From the NCBI GenBank assembly GCA_009103225.1, contig RHPI01003642.1, forward strand, positions 1,255,088 through 1,319,087: a stretch of DNA of 64,000 nt, given 5' to 3'. The stretch is from Chlorokybus atmophyticus. Its lineage: Eukaryota; Plantae; Mesostigma and Chlorokybus algae. Below are positions 37,405 to 49,830 of this stretch, one piece after another (the stretch's first letter is position 1; every line of letters starts with the position of its first letter). Made by a program: the position numbers and the translations under genes. The notes beneath the pieces were generated by a model, which worked only from the letters and a program-made list of their open reading frames with translations, ran no database searches and was not told the origin of the DNA.

Positions 37405-38942
37405 CCTATAACATTTACTCATATTTTATTATGTGCCTAATCATTTACATCCGGCACACTTACGCACTTTCATGCCGTGATGAACTACATCTGAGCGCCT
37501 TGAATTTATGTTGGATGAACTAGCTTGTCAAAAACAAAGCGCAAAGTATGGTGCAGTGGTAGATCCTGCCATAGTTTCAGCGCATTCATAAAGTGACATG
37601 TGCACGTGGTGAGGCGAACCCCGTTTATCTTTCGCACCGTCTACCACTTATATGCGCTAGCTTAAATTGTTGAAACCCATTTTGAAACATCGGCATCTTA
37701 ACTACCATGCTATAGCAGCAAAAGTCGCTGTCATCAAGGGAGTCACATATTCCATATGCCCCATCCCATAAATGTTACACAAGTTCACTACGTAAATTGC
37801 GTGTCATTTAGGTGTTGCATCATGCACTTGCAATGCAGAAAGAAACAGTGAACATGAGGATGTTACAAGGCAGCAAGAACGTTAATGCATGTGACTTACA
37901 ACAGCAATAATTATGGCAGGTGTTTTTACTGATGCTTATGAGTAGCAGTAGGTCAATCCACTCACTCACGTGATTATAAAGTAGTTAACATCTACAAATA
38001 TGTCATGGCAAACTCTCAAGCTTATATATGATAGGTGTGGAACAACTATATCAAAAAGTTTCGTATCATAATTATACATGCCACAAGATACAATCAAGTC
38101 TACAATTTCTTAAAACATCGCACACTCAATCTTGATGGCAAGCATTAAGTGTTAAACATATTTGGATGGTATTCCACACCAAATGAACGAATAGTTTTAG
38201 ATCGTAATAAGACACGCTATTTAGATCATTATATACATCAAGTCGACATAGCTGGGATGGGCGTGTTTTATGGAGCTGCGGGGATTGTGAGGGCTTGGGC
38301 TTTGGAGACGAAAGAGTGGCTCTTCTTTACACGCGTAAGTACACGAGTTGAACTTTGATCACCTACGGCAAGCAACTTGCTATCATCTTGGAATTAATGC
38401 AATGCAATATCATTATAAAAAGGCATGACGAGTTGTACTTTGCATGCCACCAACACTCGGTGGACCTGCATGCGCATGCAAAGTTGCAAAAGAAAAGTTG
38501 TGCATATGCTTGAACACTTGCCATATTCGCGTCAGCCGTTGCAAAGTAGCGGCTTTTCTCTTTACGCAACCGGCTTAATGGCATGGAAACCGTCAACATC
38601 TTATGGACATGCACGTGACTTAAGCTTGCCACAGACAAAGTGTGGGTAAAAGCCAGATCATTTGCTGCTTTCATGCGCACATTTATGCTGTATGACTGTT
38701 TGCCATATTTACCAATCACCCGTGTGACCTGCATTATGCAGGCCATACGGGTGATAGGCAATGCCGTTACAATCAGCATGTAAACATGTGCGCGCACGCA
38801 AGCAGCAGACACTCTTAAGCGTCAAACGATAATCAAACACCCCGCAAGATCTGGTCGTCATCTGACAACTCTACAAGAGTTTAAATGTGAGATCGCATGT
38901 TTCGTGTACAAGTCACACATGCGTGAGTGTTATGCAAGCAGT

Positions 38943-39263
<321 letters not shown>

Positions 39264-39419
39264 NTGCTGGAGTGTGTGTGTGCGTGTGTGTGTGCGTGCG
39301 TGCGTGCGTGCGTGCGTGCGTGTCACATGTGCTAGCATACACATTGTGCACTGTATTGGTAGTATCGATTGAATCTCAACTACTTTGCATGCGTGCGCGC
39401 GCGCGCGCGCACACACGCA

Positions 39420-39451
<32 letters not shown>

Positions 39452-40039
39452 CACACTGTGTGAGCACATTATGCCATCGTTTCTTTGAATAAATGGATGG
39501 TTGCGTGTATGCAGGTGTCAGGAGTGTGTGCTGGTGGGTGCACATATTTGTGCATACCAAGGAGACGCATACATTACAACCCACACTCACTTTTGCGAAA
39601 TATTTTTCATTTCAACCTTTCGTTATAATGATCACAAAAGTCAAGGCATTGCTGTTAACAAGGCCTGGAATACCGTAATAAAATTACAACCCAGGGCAAT
39701 TGATGATTATCTTTGGGTGTCTCTACGGTATTGATCTCATGCCAAGGCCTGCATTGGGTGTTGTACACTATCGGGGAAGAGCGAGCACGATTATTATGCG
39801 TCCACCGAGGGAGGGCGGTGCGCCGTTTACAAAAAGTTACATCAAGGCAGCGAAAATGCAATCCCGTGCATGATGCCCAACTGTACCAGGTTGAACTGGT
39901 ACAACTCATGCACAGCCGCGAGAGTGGGGCACGCGAATCTCGCGCGGAGGCCGCACGACAGCCACGCAGGAAGCAGCCGGACACGCGCACGCACGTCCGA
40001 ACACGGTTTAACCCCAACTCCTTGAATAAGTTTCTAGGG

Positions 40040-40090
40040 TTCCGGCCAATGGCCAATGGGCAGACGGCCGCCCGGCCCCGCCCAATCGCG
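40040..40090 (+). promoter_or_regulatory. putative CAO promoter elements (3 CCAAT, 2 GC boxes) in a CpG-rich stretch
   Basis: CCAAT at 40046, 40053 and 40082; CCGCCC at 40068 and 40078; about 430 bp upstream of the ATG. Confidence 0.4.
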
Positions 40091-40512
40091 GGGGGGTAGT
40101 TCCGCCCCGCCAATCCAGGGATAACATCACAACACCCACGCCAAATTTTCCCCTTTCCAGACAGGAATGCGGGAAAAAAAGATCCAGAGATCTCGACTGC
40201 CCGCCTCCCATTGGGACTCCTGGCCTGCCCACCACGGCTACAGCAGTCTCTGTGCTGGGCAATAACGGCGACATCCGTGGCAACGACGACGCCTCGGTGG
40301 CGGCGGTGGAGTTGAGGCGGCATGGGGTTGGCGGGTGGGTGGGTAGTGTGAGGCCGCGGATTCTCGTTGTTGGGTCCTGACGGGCTGGAGCTGGAGCTGG
40401 AGCTGGAGCCGCAGCTGGAGGTGGTACGCGGTTAGGGTTGATGGTCGTGGTAGTGGCGGTGGGTGGAGCAGCAGTATTGTAGTGGTTGTGCGGACTCAAG
40501 GGGCCTGGTGCT

Positions 40513-42585
40513 ATGGACGTTGCTCTTGACTGTCTAGGCTCTGCTTGTGTAGCGAGGGCGCAGCTGAGCAGTGGCAGCAGCTGCTGCAGCAGTAGCAGAC
40601 CTCCGCCGGTGGCTAGGAGGGATCAGCGGGCGTCAGGGTTGCATGATTTAAAAGCGCAGAGTAGTAGTTGGCTGAAACCGAAAAACAGGCTTGGTAGACG
40701 ACATGGCCTGCGTGCTTCCTGGCACGCCGGTCAAGTTGGGTGCTCCGCCTCGGTGGCCACCGGTGGCCCCGCTGAAGAGGCTCAGACAGCTGTCCACGAC
40801 TCCGATCTCCTAAATGACAGCTGGGATCTCTTGCGTAGTGACATAGATGTCATCAGTAGCAGGGTAAGGAGCGACGACGCCCTGCACCCCGCTGATGAGC
40901 TCAAGAACTTCTGGTACCCCGCTGTCTTCTCAAGCAATGTGGATGACAAGACTATGGTGAGTTCTCACACTGCATGTCTGGTCACGGAGCGTTCAAGGTT
41001 TGGGAGTGAGTGGGTGGTGCGGAATAGGTAGTCTGGGGTAGCCGTTTGAAACCAGTTCTTGGACAGCTTATATGGGCAGATCAGACTGTTAGCTATTCTG
41101 CGCCCATGAAACGCAAGTCAAATGCTACTTTTTCTGGCGGCAGGCTGTTACGTGCATGTCCGCAGCGCTTAGCGCAGTTGTTGTTTGTGTCTGCTTGCAT
41201 GTCAGGAGCACTAAGCGCAGTTGCTGCTTGCATGTGCACACTGCCTGATGATATGTCACTGGCAGGTGCCGTTTGAATGCTTTGGCGAACCCTGGGTCGT
41301 CTTTAGAGGGAGTGATGGGCAGCCCGGATGCATACGTGACGAGTGCGCACACAGGGCCTGCCCTTTGTCACTTGGATCAGTAGTTGATGGCCGTGTACAG
41401 TGCCCTTATCATGGTATGGTGCATTGGCTTTCGCATGCTGATCATATTCCCTGTTGGCTTTCGACGGTATTGAGTAAGACAGCTAACAAGCTGAGTTTTG
41501 CCGGCAGGTTGGGAGTATAACACTACCGGCAAGTGTGAAGTAATGCCTTCCACTCTTTTGGGAAAGGCAAGTGTGAAGTCAGCACCATGCAGGGAGAAAG
41601 ATGGAATGATCTGGATCTTCCCTGGCAAAGCCCCACCTCCCGAGACTCTTCCAACCTTTGCACCTCCTGAGGGCTTTCATGTGCATGCTGAGGTATGAGC
41701 ACATGCATCAACACACTCGTGCTGGTGCTTCCAGTAGCTCACCTGGGCTTCCCTGAACAGATCATTCTTGATGTAAATGTGGAGCACGGTTTGCTCATGG
41801 AGAACTTGTTAGACCTCGCCCATGCACCTTTCACCCATACAACCACTTTTGCCCGGGGGTGGAAAGTGCCCAAGTAAGCATTGTTGATGCTGTCCTTGTG
41901 CTCTGTTTGACTAAGAGAAGGGTGCAGTCGGGTGTGCGTTTGGCTGTGTTTAATGAGTTGGTGTTGCGTTTCAGCTTTGTCAACTTCAAGACCTATGCTG
42001 CCGAGTTTGCCCGCGGCGCTTGGGATCCATACCCCATCGATATGGAGTTCAGTCCTCCATGCATGGTGCTGTCAACAATTGGGTTGGCGAAGCCTGGCGA
42101 GTTGAAGGGTACGTTGTATGTCTCTATCCGTCGCATCTCACTTATTCTGAATTGAGTCTCTGTCTGTGAGCCTCACGCATGCTCGTGCGCAGGCCGTGTA
42201 GCGGCCGATTGCGATCAGCACTTGCACCAGTTGCACGTTTGCCTGCCTGCTGGCCCTGGGAAGACGCGGTTGCTATACCGAATGTCTCTGGACTTTGCTG
42301 GGTGGGTTCGGCACTTGCCGTTCATGAAGCATGTCTGGGAGCACATGGCACGACAGGTATGCACACCTTGTCAGAGAGCTGTCGGTCTTAGTATGGTATT
42401 CAGGGCTGTTCAAGCATTGAGTGCAGGTCTTGGGAGAGGATGTGAGACTTGTTGAAGGGCAGCAAGATCGAATGCTAAGGGGAGGCAACATCTGGAACCA
42501 CCCGGTTGGTTACGATAAATTAGGTATTAGGTATAGACGGTGGAGGGACGCAGTGGAAAGTGGCAGAGTCGCACCAATCTTGTGA
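40513..42585 (+). CDS. CAO: chlorophyllide a oxygenase (chlorophyll b synthase), multi-exon
   Basis: [11 protein letters not shown]; Rieske [11 protein letters not shown]...CPYHGWEY; mononuclear iron motif [21 protein letters not shown]; [16 protein letters not shown]; [10 protein letters not shown]; [14 protein letters not shown]; [12 protein letters not shown]. Stop TGA at 42583-42585. Confidence 0.97.
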
Positions 42586-43082
42586 AAATAAACCTGTTCG
42601 CAAGCAGCACTGGCAGTGGGTCCACGATGTGAGTCTGGCTATGTCCCGGCTTTCTGTGCACCAGGTGTTGGGTGTTGCGGCATTGTACAATGCTCCTATC
42701 ACCCTAGAAGCTCAGGCAGAATCTAGGCGTTTCTGATATATACACAGTTTTGGTGCTGTCTGTAATGTTATGAATAGTGTCTGCCATGTTTGTCTGGTTG
42801 ATTGGATGCAACCAATCAGGATGCTGAGACTTAACTGAAGTTTCCAACAGTCATCTGAGCTGTGTACTGGGTAGGCAGCTGCATATGCTAGCTGTCACAT
42901 GACAGTATGCATAGTGCGAAATGAGCTTCCCATATGCTCTGCCCATTCACCGTGTACATCAGTGTTCGCAGGGCTGCCAATTGTTACTACCCGTTCCTCA
43001 TTGTTCAAAAGCTGCTCTGCTAGATAAGTCGCACGCAAAGTGTGAAACACAACAGCATCACAACATGCAGCAGTGGGAACAT

Positions 43083-43410
43083 ACCATGCTTAATCTCTAC
43101 ACCAGCAGTTCTCCACCGAGCTATCTACTCTACCCTACACGTTAAGCCCTTGCCCGGCTCGTCAGACCAGCGTGCATGGTATCCTGCAATCACCTGCACC
43201 GCGGCTATGGTTAGTGACCCACCTCCCTGCACCGACAGCAGCAGCAGAGCCAAAGGACTCCCCCGCCCTCCTCCACAACTCCGCCGCCCACTCCCCGCGC
43301 AATCGCTGCTGCCGAAATTATTGCCAAGCCAATTAGGGTTAGATTTATTGCAGCATGCAAGTGTGACGTCAGCAATTGACGACGTCGCCTGTGCCGTTGC
43401 CGTGTGTCGT
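43083..43410 (+). repeat. ~330-bp direct repeat, copy 1 (copy 2 at 45269-45600)
   Basis: Shared blocks CAATCACCTGCACCGC, AAAGGACTCCCCC, CTCCACAACTCCGCC, GACGACGTCGCCTGTGCCGTTGCCGTGTGT. Confidence 0.85.
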
Positions 43411-43699
43411 CACTGTGTGTGCCTCCTCTGCCACATGGGCAGACGGTTCTGCACCTCATGTACTTTATCGACTTTTCTTGTACTCTTTGCGCTATCATGA
43501 CTCTCGAGATGGGCTCTAACATCTGTGCTATCTATCTACGCATGTAAGGCACTCCCAGTCGAGCACCGTGAGTGACCCCTAGCCACAACATGCCACACAC
43601 ATGCACAGCGCGAGCACACGGCATGCACACGTATGCCGTAGCATAAGTTAGCCACGCGCAATCCCGCAAGGGTTAGCGCCACGACTTGCCTCTGAAATG

Positions 43700-44614
43700 G
43701 CCGCCGCAGCACTAGAGCGTGGTGTGTACAAATGGTATGAGAAACACAGCAGCTGTTATTGTAATTCACACCTTGCATGCGACCAATCTAGCATACCATC
43801 TGTACACACCACGCCCTAGTGCACAACCTGTAGAAATGGGCGCATACCATCTGTGTGGCACCACCGTTATCGAGGAGGGGGTGACAAAGGTTTTTACTGC
43901 GAATGACTTGCATGCTATCTCAACAACTTGTTTGTGCAAACAGCCAGTGACTAGCTACATCGCCATGCGATAGACATCCCCATGGGCAATGGTGCGGGGT
44001 GTATATCGTAAAATACGATCTGTTCACTTATGAGGTGGAGTTTGTAGACAAGCTGGTGGTCTAAGGACTGCATCCGGGGGCGCTCAAGTTTGCACGTCAT
44101 GTTCTGCGTTGTGTGGATGATGTGCTTGTAGTGGCGCTCCCAGAGTTCATGCAATGCATGTGTCTGGATCCAGCTGCACTTAGGGGGGGACCTACCCCCG
44201 ACACATGCTAACACTGTTGTCAGAACAAGGGGTGTGTATTCCGTTCCGAGACTTGTTGATATATTTCATACACCACTGGGCCTGGCAACGCGGGTCTACA
44301 ACAAGCTCAATACTGCACCCTTCAGAATTTTGCCACGGCCCCGTGCTCCCCATCAAGACATCAAGAATTCCAAGACTGCGAAGTTGGGGGTAGTGGTGTC
44401 ACAGTTTATACGCTTTGCACGCATATGCACCTTACGTGAGCACTTTCTGGATGCCATGGTCCAGCTGATGAGGGACATGCAGAGAGATGGCTATGTGATG
44501 CGGGCATTGTTGGCTCAATTGCGTGCCAAGATTTTCAGAATGACAAATTTGGTGTACGGGGGAGATTACCAATCCCTTTACTTGCAAATGGCCAAGAGGT
44601 GTGCTATGACATAG
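43700..44614 (+). mobile_element. Penelope-like element reverse transcriptase remnant 1
   Basis: LNNLFVQ...IPMGNGAG; YEVEFV; LRCVDDVLV; KLGVVVSQFIRFARICT...GY (PLE C-terminal domain). Stops and frameshifts. Confidence 0.8.
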
Positions 44615-45268
44615 TAAGCACGCCATTACTAGCCAACAGGTGAGTGAGGTAAGTGAGGTAAGTGTGGTTGTTGTTGTGATTATTGTGGGTGTCGGGAGCA
44701 GTACTACTGCCTGCACACACAGTCTATGTGGGTCTGCTTGCTGCTGTACCGTTGTGCTGATATGACTGGGTATGCCTGTGTATGCCTGTATAGGTGTATG
44801 TGATGATATACCTATGTAAGCATGTGCGGGTGATTGTGACTGCTAACGATGCATTGGTAACCGTTGAGACTTTACCACCAGCGCTGAAAATCGTACAAAC
44901 GGGTGGCGGCGCAGCAACCAGTCATTTGCGCAACACCCAGCACACGCCCTACTACGCCCTGCTCTGCCCTTCCCTTCCCTGCTACCCTTGCTACCCTTGC
45001 TACCCTTGCTTTTGCTGTTGCTGCTGTGGAGGTGTGAAGACCTGAGACTGACCCAGCGTCTGCATCTGCGTTGCGTCAGGTCTACTACTTGCTCCTGCCC
45101 TTGCCCTCGCCCCTGCCTACCTTGCCCTCCGCCTCGCATGCACTTAGCCTGGTTGCCCCTACCATTGTTAATTGATTGTGCTTGTTCGTGCCTGCCTGTC
45201 TGCTTACCGCTGTGCTGCTGTGCTGCTGTGTGTGTTTGAGCGCTTGCATGCCATACTTGGACAGCGTG

Positions 45269-45600
45269 TGCCATGCTTACACTCTACACTAGCAGTTCAC
45301 CACCGGGCTACCTACTCTACTTAACACGCTCAGTCCTTGCCCCATTAGTTAGGTCAGCATGCATGATGTCCAGCAATCACCTGCACCGCAGCTACCATTA
45401 GCGACCCGCCTCCTTCCTTGCAGCGACATCAGCAGACTCAAAGGACTCCCCCACGCTTCTCCACAACTCCGCCACCGCCGCCCACTCCCCGCTCAATTGC
45501 TACTGCCGAGGCTGCCGCCAAGCTAATCGCGGTTAGCTTTCGTGCAGCATGCATGTGACGTCAGCAAGCGACGACGTCGCCTGTGCCGTTGCCGTGTGTT
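45269..45600 (+). repeat. ~330-bp direct repeat, copy 2
   Basis: Aligns with 43083-43410. Confidence 0.85.
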
Positions 45601-46839
45601 ATTCAGGCCGTTTCTACTTCCGCAGGAAACATAAACATGGCAAACTGTTGTCAGCATGCGATGTCTGTCAATGCTGCATCTGTGATGCAAGAGCGGTGTG
45701 GCCATGGCATGCGGGTGGTAGATCTTACAACACATTACAATCACGACCACATGGACAAGGTAGCATAGACACTCTATTTACATATGTACATGGTTACGTG
45801 CAGCATGGCATGATGTTCTCGCGTCACACACGGTCAAACACACACGTTCATTACGCACATTGCACATGCTCACGCCTGCGCACACCGCCCATGCTGGTGG
45901 TACAAGGCCCTTCAACTACTAAGGCGGACGCGGCGCTCGCGTTGCGTATTTTCATGTATGTTTGTGTCTAAGGCTGTGTGATGTGTGCGTTTATGCATGG
46001 TGTAGCACTGATAGCCAACACTTGCACATCAGTGGTAGTAGTGAGTTTGGTAGAAGCTCTAGTGCTTTGTGTGCTGAAGCTCATTCTATGCAAGGCACTT
46101 GTATGGAATGAATATTGCACATTGGCTGCAAGGTCTCCATGTAGTAAACGGTTTTTATGATAAATAGTCAAATACTCCTACCACGTGCGCACATGTGCTG
46201 GCTGCCATGCAGGTAGTCTGCAACTGCTGCTGGGTCGTTGTTGTCACCCACTCAACGCCACCCCTGCGGATGCTATCGGCACTTACTTGCATTGGATCCC
46301 TAGCCAGCTCTTTAATGTATATAAATATTTTTTATTTCCTTTTCGTTAGCTTGATTTAAGTGTGCAAATGCATCCGCATGATTGCGTATGTATGCATTGG
46401 ATGTTTGGAATTCTGTGCAAGCATTGGTATTGGTCTCTTATGTGAGATGAGCTACAAATTGCCACTTATCCTCTGGTGCACGAGTGCATGGAACAAGTGC
46501 TTTAGCGGCATACTGAATATCGCCGCTCCATGGGATACAAGGCAACCCCAAAAGCAGCGACGCGCTTACCACATCTATACATGACACTTCAACTTCAAAG
46601 ATGTTGCAAATCCACACTTCACTGCTGCAGCACATGAAACTTCTCTGCCGGTCGTGATTGTTTGATTGACACGTGCATGCAAGATACTTATGCCTGTGTT
46701 TGATTAGCTGTGGGCAAGTGCTATAGCCAGGTGTGACGACAAGTTGGGTGCTTCAACACTTCTAAGGAGTACAGCCATTGCTTCAGCACAGGAACATTAC
46801 ACGGACAACCTCAGGTAAGCTGTTGCCTTTGTCGTTAGC

Positions 46840-47640
46840 TTCATATGACTTCACATTGTTACAAAGATATAAGCCATGATGACTTGCTGGCATGTATGTC
46901 ACAATTGGTGCATGAGCTCTTTGCGTTCGCAACATTGCAACGCAGGTGCTGCTGCCTTCAAGTTAACTTAAATGAAAAGGGTGTTACAGCACCAGTAGGT
47001 GCGAAACATGGCAACCAAGACAGATATTGCCACTGTCAAGTTCTACATTGCGGACGCTCTGACACCCTGTTGGAAGGGATGTCAGCGTACTTGCTGAGTA
47101 AATCTGTACGCCATCACTGCATGAGATCAGCGGCACAAGCAAGCTATAGGGATTCCAATAGGCACCAATGCGGGTGTTTACTTGGCTAATTTCTACTCAG
47201 GCAAAAAAGAACTAAACTAAAATTTGTCTATGCACGTAAAGCGCAAGGCCTAACGGATCTATTGGCTAAGTGGTGCATGTCGGTCCGAAGGTATGTAGAT
47301 GATGTCCTCGTTATAGACTTGCAAGAGTTTGCTGACGGGATAACCGGGATAACGCCCTGGGTGGAGGCATCTATTCACAACAAACTCTCGCTTACACAGT
47401 CTGCACTTGGTACTTCCATTGCATCTTTGAACATGACTTTCTTTTGAACTGCTGACGTGGGCTTCCGTTCACAAGTCCAATGTAGGTTGAGTAAATTGCA
47501 ACTTGAGAGCATTCCGAGACGAAGGGCTCCACACTCTTCAACCAACATTTCATCACAGGCTAAGTTGGGGGTTGTATTACAAGGCACCCATTTTTTTGCG
47601 TCTGAGCACATACATGGCTCGTTTTCTTGCTGTTATCGTC
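46840..47640 (+). mobile_element. Penelope-like element reverse transcriptase remnant 2
   Basis: SYDFT..YKDISHDDL; QAIGIPIGTNAGVYLANFY; RRYVDDVLV; SSQAKLGVV. Confidence 0.8.
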
Positions 47641-47789
47641 GCAATATGTTTTCCCAACCGGCCGACTAAATTGGCAACGGCCGTGCACCTGAGGATACTC
47701 ATTTAGACTGTCGTGGCTCAGTCCACCTGTAATCTCGATACAGGGACCTTATAGTAACTTCCGTTACTATTAGGCCCTTTTTGTTACAA

Positions 47790-48145
47790 TTTAGTCTTTA
47801 TTAGTTGACTATGCCTAAGTAATAGGCGCCTGTCATTTACCTATCAGGCCTTAGCAGGTGACTATGCCTAATTAGTAGCCACCTGTTAGTTACTTTCCAG
47901 GCCTTAACAGCTGACTTTTTGTAATTAACAAGCACCTATTAGATACACATCAGGCTTTACTAGGTGACTACAACTAATCAACGGGCACCTGTAAGTTACA
48001 CATAAGGCCTTAACAGGTGGCTACACCTAATTAGCAGGCACTTGCAAACACATCAGTCTTACTTAGGTGACTTAGCCTATGTGACAGGCACCTGCAGGTT
48101 ACACACCAGTCCAGCGCAGGCGACTACGCCTAATTCACAAGCACC
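47790..48145. repeat. diverged tandem array, ~6 units of ~53 bp, each internally palindromic
   Basis: Consensus about GGCACCTGTAAGTTACACATCAGGCCTTAACAGGTGACTACACCTAATTAGCA. Confidence 0.85.
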
Positions 48146-48512
48146 AATTCGGTAATTATCGATAAAATAAGGCATTCTTTAAGCAACTGAAAATGACTGA
48201 TGCCTAGCTGTTGTTATATATGTATTTGCATATCATGACTACACGCGACTGTCACTGACTGCCAGCATCGTGATGTGCATGTGCTGTGTACAGGTACCTG
48301 AAATGTGTATAGTGTCTCTCAGTCACTTGCCAAGGCTTGTAGTTCAGTTATGTAACTGGAACGCCTGCAATTCTGTTGTATATCATAGGGATGCAAGTAT
48401 TGACATGTATGAGCATAATGACGATTGACTGAGCTGGTTTAACATGCACAACACTCAGTCACAAGAGCCTTGTAGCTATGTACACTACCAGCTAAACGAA
48501 CTACCAACTGCG

Positions 48513-49830
48513 CTACAGCTCCTCCCCATCATCGTTTTGCTCGTCATTATGGAACAAAGCACCACGCACTGGGGCTTGTGGAGGAGACGTCGGAGCCTGC
48601 TCTTCCTCCTTAAACGGTTGTGTCAGCCAATCAAATGCCGCTTCTGCCTCAGCGAGCGGGTCACGAGCTGCTGTCTTTTGCGGCCGGCGCCGATTGGGAT
48701 CTTTCATGTATTCGACACAAGATGCACTGCGGCGTTTCACAAGAGTGATTGGCTGGAGGGCTGCGTACCGATGCCTCATCTCCCGCTTCATTGACACGAT
48801 CATGGTGTTGATTTCGCTAAGGTACTCTTCATGTGTGTCGATGCTGGCAGCTAGGAGAGGGTCTCCATCCTGGCCCTTAAGGATGCGCTCCATCTGCGTA
48901 GTTTACATGCATGTCTTAGTGGCATCGAAAATTACTATTCACTGCAACGCGTCTGCAAGCCTGTAGTTTGGGGCTACAGCATTTCTGAATTGCTAATTAT
49001 GGAGTTTAGAGTGCTCACCGTAAGCAACAGGTATGCGAGGTGGTTGACTGTCAGCTGCCGGCGACCAGGTGTAGTAACGGCGTAAGATCAGCATTGCACG
49101 ATCATTTGCCAGATTATGGGATTGCCCCATTCATGGATGTATCTCCTCCGCTCCGAATTTGCATTGTTGGTCACCTCAAATCTCCGCCATGACTTGTCTG
49201 CGACAGTCATACCAACAAGACATTAGTCACGATATAAATAGTTCAAGTTGAGCCTGCAGGCTATAATAGTGCATGTAACTTACTTTGGAGCGCGTTGCGC
49301 ATCTGGGCTTTTTGGGTCTCGGGGTCCAATAGGGCGTTGACGTGCCTGATTGAATCGGTTACAATAGGCCAGATGCGTACGTGTTTATGGAGGCCGAGTA
49401 AGAAGGCAGTGTTGCATAACAGACATTGTGCTGAGGGACCCAACTCACTTGCGCTTGTTGCTGTTAAACAATGTCCACTTGTACTCCTTCTCAAGGACAT
49501 GCTTGATCTTGGTGACGTTCTCAGACCGGATTTCCGTAGCTTTCTTCAAGGCGACACTCCAGTGGAAGGGGCACTTCTTAGGAGTCCAGTACACCTCATA
49601 GAACTTAGCCGCATCGGCCTCGTCGTCATGGTCGAAGCCAACTACCTGTCACGGGCCGGTTGGTCACTGGCACGGTGCAGTGCGGTCATGAAGCATTTAC
49701 AGCACGTGACACATGACGTTACGAATAGTGTCCTCCTTGGGATAAACGTGGCTGTCTACCTAGTGGCCGTTTATGATTTCAACGACGGCATCTGGCAAAT
49801 GCTGTCCACAGAAGAACAATCCGTTACACA
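48513..49830 (-). pseudogene. degenerate multi-exon gene of unknown function
   Basis: Protein-like frames bounded by splice signals: VVGFDHDDEADAAKFYEVYWTPKKCPFHW...KRK; RLNLNYLYRD*...HEWGNPIIWQMIVQC*...NHLAYLLLT; MERILKGQDG...EEL*. The stops all fit C>T changes. Confidence 0.6.

Noticed and set aside
26489-37409. Single TSD around the whole X...Y gypsy nest
   Set aside because: Flanks TCTTA and CCTAT do not match.
37548-37625. Weak A-box/B-box pair (TGGTGCAGTGG ... GGCGAACCCC)
   Set aside because: Poor B box, long spacing, and no second copy in the window.
47790-48145. CRISPR array
   Set aside because: Units are contiguous diverged repeats without unique spacers, there are no cas genes, and the context is eukaryotic.
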